Assembly: GCF_001194135.2 (NCBI RefSeq)
Contig: NC_068988.1
Coordinates: forward strand, 54,772,533-54,836,532
Direction of reading: 5' to 3'
Length of the DNA: 64,000 bases
From: Octopus bimaculoides
Taxonomy: Eukaryota
Position numbers and translations under genes: made by a program. The notes beneath the pieces are model-generated. The model searched no databases and was not told where the DNA came from. It saw only the letters and a program-made list of their open reading frames with translations. Each line of letters starts with the position of its first letter. The first letter of the stretch is position 1. Positions 12,945 through 24,570 of the stretch are shown in pieces.

Positions 12945-13681
12945 GTATGTATTGTTACCACTTTACCACTAGCTTGCTGGTAGTCCCCACCGATCGTTGT
13001 GCTACTCTAAATTCAGTATTAGTTTCCTACAGAAAATACTAAGGATGTACACATGTATATCTATGTGTGAGTATACGTATGGTTGAGCCTACACTGACAA
13101 ACATATATACACATATATATACACTTATAGATGCATTAGCCTCTTCAATGCTTAGATTCTTAGATAAATGATATTTAGTTTTATATATTTGTAAGCGATA
13201 ATCTTTGTGTGAGAAATAGCAAAAAAATAAATAATAAAACCCTACCTGACAGGGATCAAAGTGTGCATTTCTTGCTTTCTGGGCCTTTTTCGTCTCACAT
13301 TTTTTATTTAAAAATCTATAACAGCACCCCCCCCCCATCCACACATATACATGCACATAAACAAATACTCATATATACATGATTGTTGTTCCATTGACAC
13401 AGTTTGAGCTTGTCAGTTAGCCCTTGCACTTTGCCCTATACCAGTGCACTAGGCCAGTTCTGCAGAGGCAAAAAGTGGGCATCCAGCTTTGCCACATAGC
13501 CCATCCACCAGAATCTGTTTCTGATACAGATTATCAGCTAGGTTGAGCAACACCAGTTTCCTATGTTGGATCTTCTTTGGGTCGAAAATTCTTCTTTCAG
13601 AACCACAGAATTTTCTGGAGATGTTTATGGTGGAAACTGTATCTGTGTCTATGTATATATAAACACTCGCACACATTACTC

Positions 13682-13925
13682 TCTTTACTTTTACTTGTTT
13701 CAGTCTTTTTGACTGTGGCCATGCTGGAGCACCGCCTTTAGTCGAACAAATCGACCCCAGGACTTATTCTTTGGAAGCCTAGTACTTATTCTATCGGTCT
13801 ATTTTTGCCGAACCGCTAAGTTACGGGGACATAAGCACACAAGCATCGGTTGTCAAGCGATGTTGGGAGGGACAAACACAGACACACAAACACACACACA
13901 TATATATATACATATATATAATGCC
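13682..13925 (-). mobile_element. Young SINE family A 3' half (CpGs retained)
   Basis: TTTACTTGTTTCAGTC..GCTGGAGCACCGCCTTTAGTCGAACAAATCGACCCCAGG; exactly repeated across the N-gap. Confidence 0.8.
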
Positions 13926-14224
13926 ATGTGTGTTGCAAGGTATTGNNNNNNNNNNGTTTCAGTCTTTTTGACTGTGGCCATGCTGGAGCACCGCCTTTAG
14001 TCGAACAAATCGACCCCAGGACTTATTCTTTGGAAGCCTAGTACTTATTCTATCGGTCTATTTTTGCCGAACCGCTAAGTTACGGGGACATAAGCACACA
14101 AGCATCGGTTGTCAAGCGATGTTGGGAGGGACAAACACAGACACACAAACACACACACATATATATATACATATATATAATGCCATGTGTGTTGCAAGGT
14201 ATTGTATGTAGGTTGTGTAACTTA

Positions 14225-14375
14225 CTACTGTTAGCAGTGGCATTGCCAAGTTTGAACAACCAATGTCTTGCTATGGGTGATTTCAATTTCCCTTTCTGTA
14301 CTGGTCCTTGTAGCAAGGTGAATAACTCTGCTTTGCTCGAATTTATTTATGACATAGAATGGGACTTACTCTCTC
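14225..14375 (+). mobile_element. LINE APE-endonuclease fragment
   Basis: CLAMGDFNFP...LLEFI; GDFN is the conserved APE/EEP motif of LINE ORF2. Confidence 0.5.
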
Positions 14376-16424
14376 CTTTCGGCTTAAAAAAAAAATACTT
14401 CTTTTATGGAATAAAATTTAAAACAACATTATCTCACCTATGCAAATACTGATAAACAGGTGTATGTAAAACAACAGCAAAAAATGTTGCATACTTACTC
14501 TTCAGATATTTCATTATGTGTTATTTATTGAATAATAAATTTAATTAAATATCCTTAGATTATTCTGATCATGATCAAAAGTTTACTCAAATATCTCAAG
14601 AATATTTAAGTTATTGGTAGGATTTCCTAGATTTTTTAAATTTTTATTTTTTTGAAATGTAGAAATTAACTATTTATTGTTAATCATTACAAGTAATTAA
14701 CACTTTCTTCAAAGACAATATATTAATATATACTACTTAATTGTAGGTTGTAGTGAACTCATATTAATTAACATTGTTACATTGAAATATAGATGGTTAA
14801 GTCACTAATTCTAACTAGGTAATTAATATCCTAGTAACTAATTGTAAAATATTATATTTAATTTAGTTGTTTATTAATAAAATAATATATTAACTTTACC
14901 ATAACAAAGTATTCAGAGTAGCACAGTCTGTGGATCAAATCCTGTTGATGCCAAAAAACATTCTGCAATAAGAAAATTTTCTTTAAAGAAATCTTGTGTA
15001 AATTCTAAAATTTTCTAAATTCTTAATTTGAATATTTTAATTAATTTTAACCAATAATTTTACTAGAAACTCATTTGTTTGTTAATTATTATTCCACATT
15101 CATATTTTTATCATTATAACACCATCATCAACAGGATTTTGGACTACCAGACTGTTTGCTTATGCTGTTTTTTTTTCTATGTTTGCTTATATCAGCTGGC
15201 CTGTTTTCTCATCTTTATACTTTTGACCAAAATACATTTGTCTTACAATACAAGGCACCTTTTCTATACTGGCCAGGTGTCTATTCTGATCTCTGCAGCT
15301 CCAGTTTCTTCTTGCAACTGGTGCAGAAAAATATTATCTCTATGGCTTTATCTCACTTCAGTACCAGTCATATCATAGGGATTGAACCTGTCGATATACT
15401 CTTCCCCTATAAACTGTGGGTTAGTTCAAATTACTCCATAAGGAATATAGGGCTGGCTTCTCTGGCATGTATATTTCTCCCTAGATGGGACACTGGTCCA
15501 AAATCATTCTCACCACCTGAGCGGTCAGGAACAATATGAAATAAGTGTTTTGCTCAAGAACACAATGCATCACCTGGTCCAGGAATTGAAACCGCAGTCT
15601 TACGATAATGAGTCCAGCACCCTAACTACTAAGACATGTGCTTCCATGCACTGCCCCTATAAATTGTGCCAACAGTAAATTATCATTATTTTTGACATAC
15701 CAAATGGCAATATTTAAGAAAACAGTCCAGCTGGTAACCTGCGTGACTACCAATGTTGTTTGCTTTTCACCTTATGTTGTTTTTTAAGTATTGTAATTGT
15801 TGTTGTTGTTGTTGATATCCTTTCCCCAAACACCACCACTGCATGTGATGGCTGTTGAATGTGACATGACACTGCACTTGGTCCACCGGTTTTTGTTTTC
15901 CTTTGTGTGTGTTGCCAGCTTGTCACCTCCCTTTTTGGCTGATAGGTCCACCTTTGAATTGTTCTACTTGCATGATTATGGTAGTCACCCATTTTATGGC
16001 TTGACCTTCACTATCCACCCTTGTTGTTATTGGTTTGGTATTGTTGCTGGTTTTGACATTGTAGATATAGTTTCTTCACTGTGTGAGATTTTTTTTGTAG
16101 ACATTCTATCTTCCTCACTGTGTTGTGACATATCTCATTTTCTTGTTTCCTATGTGTTATGTTTTATCAAGAAAATAGAAATGCCTGGATTGTTTTTGTT
16201 TTTCTTTTCTCTGTACAAGAAACCTTGATCAACCTAATTATGTATTTTTGCCTTTTGTGTATAAATGAAACTCCTTATCCTTTCGCAATGAGACTAGACA
16301 AATATGATTTGGAGGTTTCATCTGTTCGGGATTCATTTAGAAGTGGTTTTATCTAAATATATTTTTATTATCTATTTCACACTTTTTTCAAGAATTGATA
16401 TTGTTGATATTCACTAGTTGTAAA

Positions 16425-16640
16425 AGGTAGCGAGCTGGCAGAATCGTTAGCACACTAGGCAAAATGCTCAGTGGCATTTTGTCAGTCTTTACATTCAGAG
16501 TTCAAATTCCACCAAGGTTTATTTTACCTTTCATCCTTTCAGGGTTGATAGAATAAGTACCAGTTGAATACTGGGATCAATGTAATCGACTCACCCCCGC
16601 TGCCCTGAAATTGCTGGCCTTGTGCCAAAATTTGAAATCA
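16425..16640 (+). mobile_element. tRNA-derived SINE family B
   Basis: GGTAGCGAGCTGGCAGAATCGTTAG head, GAGTTCAAATTCC B-box, CCTTTCATCCTTT..GGG.TGAT..AAGTACCAG core. Confidence 0.75.
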
Positions 16641-17965
16641 GTATTGACTAGTTGTATTGGTCTAGGCATTACACTGTGTTGTCACAAGCTGATGTCAATT
16701 GTGAAAAGGTTAACTTAACAAGAATAGAATCTACAGTTAGAATAGTTACATCTGCTGGTTACTATGACATTCATTATGTAACCTCACTCCATGCTTCTTC
16801 ATCAAAGGATTCAGCCCTTTTGTCAAGTAATCACTGTTTTATTAAGATGACTTTTTGTTATTTAGTTGAAGAAAGATTCCAGATTTGCAACTACATCTTT
16901 ATTTTTGGATAAATGCTTTACATTGGAACTGCAATATTACACTTTGAATATGAACATTACAGGGACATGTTATAGGGACTGATGAACAATATTCCATTGT
17001 ATTCAGCACTCCACAACACAACTTGATCAGCTATGGTGTACATACTTGGAATTATTGCCTCATTGCACAATAAATTTATTTTGAGGCAGCTGCAGTTGAT
17101 GACAACAGACAAAAAAGAGTAATTTCACTATGTATTCTCATACACTAAATGATGACAAACTAACTTCTGCGAGTGCAAAGGATCTCCTAACATAGTATTT
17201 TTACACACCGCAAAAAAAGGAAGAATTTTAACTTAGCCATGTTTCTTGACTAAAAACATGTGATGTTGATAAATATGATATTGATAGTGTAATAATAGAA
17301 ATTTGATTCATTGAGAAGACAAGTATAAAATTATTGCAGTCATCCAACACAGGTAAAATGTTGATAGTGTTGGTGCAGACACATGGATCTAGTTGAAGAG
17401 CAAGCAGTGTGGAAAAAAAAACACATTTACTACATAGAGTGATGATAATCATATCAATTTGATTAGGCATTCTTGAAATAAGGAGTAATAAAAATGTTTG
17501 TTATAGTTGTCATTTGAAATTTAGTATTTTTTCTAATTCTAAATGTCTGGCGAAGGAGAAAATTTCCCATTCATTAAATAAATAAATAAATAAATAAATA
17601 AAAGAAAGAAAAAAGAAAAAATTGGTCTCTTTGTGAGATATATGCAAATTAAGGAAAGCACAGCTTTGAAATTTGAGTAATGTTCCTGTCCATGATTAAG
17701 ATAAAGAGCAATTACAATAATCTACATGGGAAGCACCGTCTGTCAATGATGTTAAATTTATTTTTCAAACTTGGTGGTTGTGATAAATAAGAACAGCAAA
17801 TAAAAGATGATGGAATAGTCGCAGCATTCATCTTCAGTTTGAAAGTAACATGCAATCGAAGTAATGGAGCAATATTCATTGAAATTAAGGAGCAAAACCA
17901 AGATTTGTGATTATGGCTCAGCTGCACCTCTGATTCTACACAAAATTAATTTGGGTCACACTTAA

Positions 17966-18330
17966 AATCTGATTTGGCAGAGTTTCTATAACTGGATGCC
18001 CTTCCTAATGCCAGCCACTCTGAGAGTGTAGTGGGTGCTTTTACGTGCCACCGGCACGAAGGCCAGTCAGGAGGTACTGGCAATGGCCACGCTCAAAATG
18101 GTGTATTTTACATGCCACCACCACAGGAGCCAGTCCAGCGGTACTGGCAACGAACTCGCTCAAATGTCTTTTCACGTGCCAGGAAGGCGACGTTGGTAAC
18201 GATCATGCTCAAATGGTGCTATTTACATGCCACCGGCACGGAAGCCAGACAGCTGGTGCTCTGGCAATGATCACGCTTGGACGGTGCTCTTAGTGATCTA
18301 CTGGCACAGGTACCGTCACGATTTCAAGAT
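17966..18330 (-). mobile_element. RTE-tailed repeat with an internal array of about 65-bp subrepeats
   Basis: Reverse complement of the tail module, followed by 4-5 units TTTAC(G/A)TGCCACC..GCCAG..CTGGCAA..CGCTCAAATG. Confidence 0.7.
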
Positions 18331-19774
18331 GATTCAATTTTTAAGTGGTTCTCAGAAATAAACAATGTTGAAAATCTTTGTCAAAATTATCAATAGACCA
18401 TTAGATAAAACATATAAATAAAAACTTGCAAGACATTTTTTAATGCAAAGAATCAAGTAAAAGAAGAAATAATCTTTTAAGATTGATCATCTGTGAGAAA
18501 GTGGATAATTTCACAACATAGGTTTCATCATTGACTGCAATACCAAGACAGTTGGCTCTGTCCATTTACGTGTGGAGCTTTGCAGAGCAAATATGGTTAC
18601 CCACCAAAAGAAAGAAATGTCTAATGCCTACTGGAGAGTAGAAGATAATAGAAGAAAATCTGACATGGAATACTATGCCGATCAGAAAATGAAGTGACTA
18701 ATGATAGTAATGATCTATCATCTTGTAAAAATCAACAACCAAGAAAGTACCACTAAAACTTTTATTTGATTTGTTTCACCATTGACAAAAAAAAGGCTAA
18801 ATCAGTTTTGGTTACATCTGTAGATGGCTTGACCATGCTGACCATATCTTACATCATGCTTGTATCTTGAAGAATTATACAAGATATGATTTAAATCCTC
18901 ATCAAAGCTAGTTTATAGAAGAAATCAACTAATGAAATTGTTCACAAGGATAATGCTGTGTCACGTGACAACAAACCTGACCAGGAACTACCTGAACCAT
19001 GGTACAACCTGTGTAGGTCTATAAGAGCAAACAAGGATGTTTCAGTACCCAGACAATGTATATAGAATTCAGATGAAGAAAAGATATAACATCCGTATGG
19101 TAGTATAGCGTACTTCACAGAATTTACATGCTTACCGTATGAGGTCACTCAAGCTGCTATTTAAGGTGGCTACTAAGTCAGTGACTGAAAGTTTGGTTAT
19201 TAAGTTGAAGAAAGTTCCAGAAGTAAAAGACCTTGCAATTTCAACATTGTTTTAGGTTGACACTTTACAATTGGACTATACTATTGGACTTTGAATATGC
19301 ATGTCATACAGATGTATTATAGTAGCCATAACACAATGCTCAGAACAGTTATGGACTATGAAAGGATCTAATAGTACTTTCTGATTTTAGCACAAGGCCA
19401 ACAATTTTGAGGGGGTGGGGAAATCAGTTAAATCAGCCCCAGTACTTGATGGTACTTTATCTTATCAACCCTTAAAGGATAGAAAGCAAAGTTAACCTTG
19501 GCTGTATTTGAATTCCAAACTTTAAAAGCCAGAAGAAATGCTGCTAAGCATTTTGTCCAAAGTACTTAATGATTCTGTCAGCTCATTGCCCTGAAAAATC
19601 TAATAGGTAACAATATGATTTCTTGAATTGGAAATCAGAAATATAAGAACTTTAGTATGGAGACTTAATTAGTACAAAATATACAGTATCAGTTTTCTTG
19701 TTAATCAGATGTCACTGACACTGCCATAAACTATGGTCTTGAGATGGTTAATCCCCATTATTTTATAATAATAA

Positions 19775-20035
19775 TAATGATGATAAACTTATTGTATATG
19801 GTGCTCAAGTGCACTACAACTCATTAGAAAAAGTAGCTAAAAGTACATGAACAGTATTCAGAATAATTTACAGGAAGTAAATAGTGAATGAGTCACTTAA
19901 AAAAAGGGAGATGTAGGGGACATCAGGTGTACTGTTGGCGAATTTTAAGAAGTATGGAAGTTTTGAAAGATGTAGTGTCCCGACAACTAACAACTGATGT
20001 GGGTAATTTACTCTATGCTTCAGTAATTCTGAAAT
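19775..20035 (-). mobile_element. CR1-like LINE 3' end (same family as 6195)
   Basis: Aligns by eye with 6195-6460. Shorter stubs at about 9460-9550, 28085-28125 and 32675-32790. Confidence 0.6.
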
Positions 20036-21419
20036 AAATGTTTCAAGATCCTTACTTCTTTGCTCCATATTTTGCATTGGTGTTGTTTGTCTATATCTCC
20101 ATCATTGAACGGAACCTCTTTGGAAGGCTACACAATATCTAGCAAAAGATAATGCTTTCAAACGTATCATAATATAGTTGGGCTAAAAAATTAAAAAATC
20201 CCTTTTTTAAATTTATATTTATGTATTTATTTTGTAATTTGTTTTTAACTGCTCTTATCTTCCTGAGAGTGACTCTGCAAAGGAAACATCCTGTTTCATT
20301 GCTATCATATCATTTTGTCATCAGTGATGTTTTCCTTATATGATTTTCATCTTTACATAATTCACACCCACCTCTCTCCATCTACCCATTCCAATGTCCC
20401 CACTGACACTCCCCCCACCTTCAGCCTACATCTATCTACATGTCAATTATTACCCAGTTATGTTCATAGTAAGATCATTTAAGGATGACACAGAAATAAT
20501 ACCATTTTCTAATTAGGCTTGTTTTAAACGTGAAGGAGTAATTAAATGAAAACTATGAAAATGACTTGTTGAAAAGATAGATTACATCTGGGATGACAAC
20601 CATGTTACAAACTAATATGCAGATAGCCATTGCACATATAATTGGTTTCATTGTTGCTGCATTTATCTTCTCACTGCTGTCATTTGATTCATGTATATCA
20701 CTTTCTATCAATGTCTTTCTGTAAATCCATCAGTAGTTCTGTGGGTGGCATCCGCTTGTATTACATTTATCTTCTACTATTTCTCTTACTACCTTCTCTT
20801 TCTATCTATCTTCAAATTTTTCTATACTTCATATTATTCTCTTTTTCCCCTGACCTCCCTCTCTCCCTCTTTCTATCTCACTCTCTCTCTGAATCACAAT
20901 CATTTTCTCATTTTCACTTGCTGTTGGTAGAATCATTAGAGTGCTGTAGAAAATGCCTCATAGCATCAAATGCTGTTATACACTGCTAGTTACAATGCAT
21001 TTCCAATTTTGTCTTCATTGCACTATCTTTTTCTGGACCCTAAATTGCCTGATTAAATCATCTCTCCATCAAGCCTTCTAAGCAGTTTTTTCTGATCTTT
21101 TGGATACCACTCATAAACTGCATGGGTTCTCCTGTTTGTGAAACTTAAAACTTGTCCAGCCCAGCAGAACTTGTGCTTTCAGTACTAGGCAGAAGACTAC
21201 ACCAGACTTCAGAGTCTGTTTTCGCTTGGTTTTTACAGCTGGATGCCCTTTCTAACACCAGCCACTCCTCAGAGTGGACTGAGTGCTTTTTACATGGCAT
21301 CAGCACAGGCAAGGTCAGTTTTAGCATGGTTTTTACAGCTGGATGCCCTTCCAAACACTAACTACTTTACAGTGTGAACTGGATACTTTTTAGCACCAGC
21401 ACTGGAAGGGTCTGTCTCC

Positions 21420-21720
21420 TTGAGCTTCCTCACTGGCAATGGTATTTCTGATTTTCTGTCCATGATCACTCTGATGACTGTTCAGTCCTGTTGCAGATCT
21501 TCATAGTTTGAAGCCTAGATGTCAGGCAAAAGTTGTGACTTGGTTGATCAGGTCACTTTGTAGAATGAGATGTTCTCCAATCAAAGTCTCAAATGTTTTT
21601 TGACTTGAAGTTGAACCTTCTCATTAGGTCTTCACGTCTTGCCATTTTTCCATCAGCTTGGCACCTCTAGTGGATGAAATGACAAATGAGGTCACCATTT
21701 AAAGACATGTGAATTTCACT
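21420..21720 (-). mobile_element. Highly decayed RTE-like LINE C-terminal fragment
   Basis: Fragmentary ADGKMAR... and RSATGLNSHQ, resembling the RTE C-terminal His/Cys motif; many stops. Confidence 0.35.
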
Positions 21721-21863
21721 GAATTCTAGTGATAAATGATTGTACAGCCTAAGTACCATTCTCTCAGTCTCTGGATTAGTACCTAGGTACAGGCCAAAGT
21801 GAGATGACCAGTAATCACATGAAACCACAGCATCCTTCTAGGAAAGGGACGTTGATATGTGTT

Positions 21864-22186
21864 GAGCACAGGTATAGATATGTGGTAAGAATTTTGCTTC
21901 CTAACCACATGGTTCTAGGTTCAGTCCCACTGTGTGACACCTTGGTCAAGTATCTTCTACTGTAGCCTCAAGCTGACCAAAGCCTAGGGAGTGAATTTGG
22001 TAGATGGAAACTGAAAGAAGCCTATCATGTATGTGTGATGTGTGTGGTTCGTAACTTTGCAGTTTGGCATAAGAGGCCAAGAGAATAAGTACGAGGCTTT
22101 AAAAAAATAAGTTCTGGGGTCAATCCATTTGACTAAAATTCTTCAAAGCAGTGTTCCAGTATGGCTGCAGTTTAATGAATGAAACA
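21864..22186 (+). mobile_element. tRNA-derived SINE family A
   Basis: GGTTCAGTCCCACTGTGTG head and characteristic body and tail. Confidence 0.7.
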
Positions 22187-22514
22187 TATGTCTGTCAAAC
22201 AGTCAATATACAAGGCCTTGTACAAATCATTAGTCATTCTTAAACATCACTCAGTCATTTGATTCCATTTTATGCTATACAAAACATCATTAGTGTCATT
22301 GTCTCTAAACTTTCTGAGAATGGCAAAACACAAGGGAAGATGCATTTTATTGATGAAAGCCTCTTAAGACAGATATACCAAATTAGTAGTCTTCATTTAT
22401 CCTCAAACAGCTTTTACTGAAAAGAATTATGATTAAGGCGTTCTAACCCTGACCATTCTGTCTTCATTTAAACAGTCTATCTAGAGCTAAATCTTTTTTT
22501 TTTTCGAAGCTAAA

Positions 22515-22800
22515 TAGATCGTTGCCAGTGCCGATGGACTGGCTCCTGTGCAGGTGACACGTAAAATACACCATTTTGAGCGTGGCTGTCGTCAGTACCC
22601 ACCTGACTGGCCCTCGTACCGGTGGCACGTAAAAGCACCCACTACACTCTTGGAGTGGTTGGCGTTAGAAAAGACATCCAGCTGTAGAAACTCTGCCAAA
22701 TCAGATTGGAGCCTGGTGTAGCCATCTGGTCCACCAGTCCTCAGTCAAATCATCCAACCCATGCTAGCATGGAAAGCAGACGTTAAACGACGAAAGGATG
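22515..22800 (+). mobile_element. Same subrepeat-bearing RTE-tailed element, + orientation
   Basis: Two subrepeat units plus the full tail module. Older copies at about 35400-35695 (+) and 21190-21420 (-). Confidence 0.7.
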
Positions 22801-23224
22801 TGATGTGAGATTTGGTCTTTATCTCTAGTGGTCAATGAACTATATAGAGGTTCCTTCGTTTGTTACTGGAGCAATTTAGTTTATAAAATTATGGAGAATA
22901 AGAATGAATTTCTCCTCATACCTGAAATATAGATCATTAGGTTGTTGATAGCTGAATGAGTAGACAGAGTGATATACAAACAGAAAAGCACATATTTGCA
23001 TACATTACCTGATAGGAAGTTTGTTGCTATTTTTAACTATCGAAATATTGTTTATAAATGTTTACCAATTTGTGTACACACATAAACATACATAATGAAG
23101 CTTACCAGAGAAATGTAAGCTTGATTCTGACCTGGCTTTCTCTTCATTTGGATTTGTTTATCTAAATTATATATACATTCACACACATTATATAAAAAAT
23201 CAGGCTGTCATTCATTGGATATAA

Positions 23225-23238
23225 GTCTCCCCCCCTCC

Positions 23239-23270
<32 letters not shown>

Positions 23271-23369
23271 NNNNNNNNNNNNNNNNNNNNNNNNNNNNNN
23301 NNNNNNNNNNNNNNNNNNNNNNNNNNNNNNNNNNNNNNNNNNNNNNNNNNNNNNNNNNNNNNNNNNNNN

Positions 23370-23432
<63 letters not shown>
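23225..23432. repeat. (CT)n microsatellite spanning an assembly gap
   Basis: Direct observation; N-gap at 23271-23369. Confidence 0.95.
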
Positions 23433-23441
<9 letters not shown>

Positions 23442-24374
23442 CAAGATACCAACCATGAAGTGATAGAGCTTTGGATAAGATTACAGAGTGTTTCCGTATT
23501 ATTGAAGGCTATCTCAGATGGGAGATAAAACATGTCTTTTATTACATATGATAATAATGCTTGGCAACTAGCACTGGATCAGAGATATAACTTCTAATAA
23601 CCAGCAGTTTTTCAGAAGGTTTAATGTGTATGTTTGTGTCGGAGGTGTCTTTCTCTCTGTCTCTCATCCGCTTGTCAAGTATTACAGAGCTGTCTCTGTT
23701 TATCTTGAAGTTCTAAAGAATATTTTTTTTTTCACCAACACCCTTACTCTCTATGTTAACTGGACCTTATGGGAGTTGGGTAGTTTTTAGTAGAGGGTAA
23801 GTTGATATTCTCTCTTTCCTCTTTGTCACTTTCCTCATGTAGACACATATTCATACATCTGTATCTATGTTCGTTTGTTACTCATACATACGTAGAAATT
23901 ACACAAAGATCACACCCTGATAGTGAGTCTTACCTTAATGATAACAAGACTAAATCTTTTACATTTTTGTTGCTTTCTGTATGTGTGTGTGTATATATGT
24001 ATATATATATATGTGTGTGTATGTATGTATATGTATATATATATATATATATATATANNNNNNNNNNNNNNNNNNNNNNNNNNNNNNNNNNNNNNNNNNN
24101 NNNNNNNNNNNNNNNNNNNNNNNNNNNNNNNNNNNNNNNNNNNNNNNNNNNNNNNNNNNNNNNNNNNNNNNNNNNNNNNNNNNNNNNNNNNNNNNNNNNN
24201 NNNNNNNNNNNNNNNNNNNNNNNNNNNNNNNGTATGCATAGGGTACAGATCTAGTACTTAAATCGATTAGACTATAAGCTCTTTCTATTTTTGCCTGTAT
24301 TGTTTTTCTCTCAATCATAAACTGCAGCCCCGACCCTTCTTTATTAGAAGCTATGATTCTTATTTCTTTACTGC

Positions 24375-24570
24375 CCACAAGGGGCTACACATAGAGGGGA
24401 CAAACAAGGACAGACAAACGGATTGAGTTGATGATATCAACTTCAGTGTGTAACTGGTACTTATTTAATCGACCCCAAAAGGATGAAAGGCAAAATCATC
24501 CTCGGTGGAATTTGAACTCAGAACGCTAAGCATTTCGCCTGGCTAACATTTCTGCCAGTTCGCCACCTTA
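24375..24570 (-). mobile_element. SINE family B
   Basis: Reverse complement of the family B core. Other copies at about 19375 (-), 43955 (+) and 63555 (-). Confidence 0.75.

Noticed and set aside
13466-13541. Possible exon (AG...GT, open frame RQKVGIQLCHIAHPPESVSDTDYQL)
   Set aside because: Phase 0-to-1 does not fit the phase-0 acceptor at 32263; weak donor GTTGAG.
13697-14204. Exact 249-bp tandem duplication (13697-13945 = 13956-14204)
   Set aside because: Copies are identical and separated only by a 10-N gap: an unmerged contig overlap, not biology.
15919-15945. Possible 27-nt microexon
   Set aside because: Stop codon in the required phase-0 frame; weak donor GTCCAC.
16425-16510. tRNA-like sequences with A/B boxes (many sites)
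   Set aside because: All continue into SINE bodies and lack a complete cloverleaf.
18040-18320. Repeat-spacer-like array resembling CRISPR
   Set aside because: Eukaryotic context, units diverge throughout, no unique spacers or cas genes; part of a retroposon.
23162-24378. Numerous ORF-track entries rich in YI/CV/ER/HT or X
   Set aside because: Translations of microsatellites and N gaps; the same applies throughout the window.
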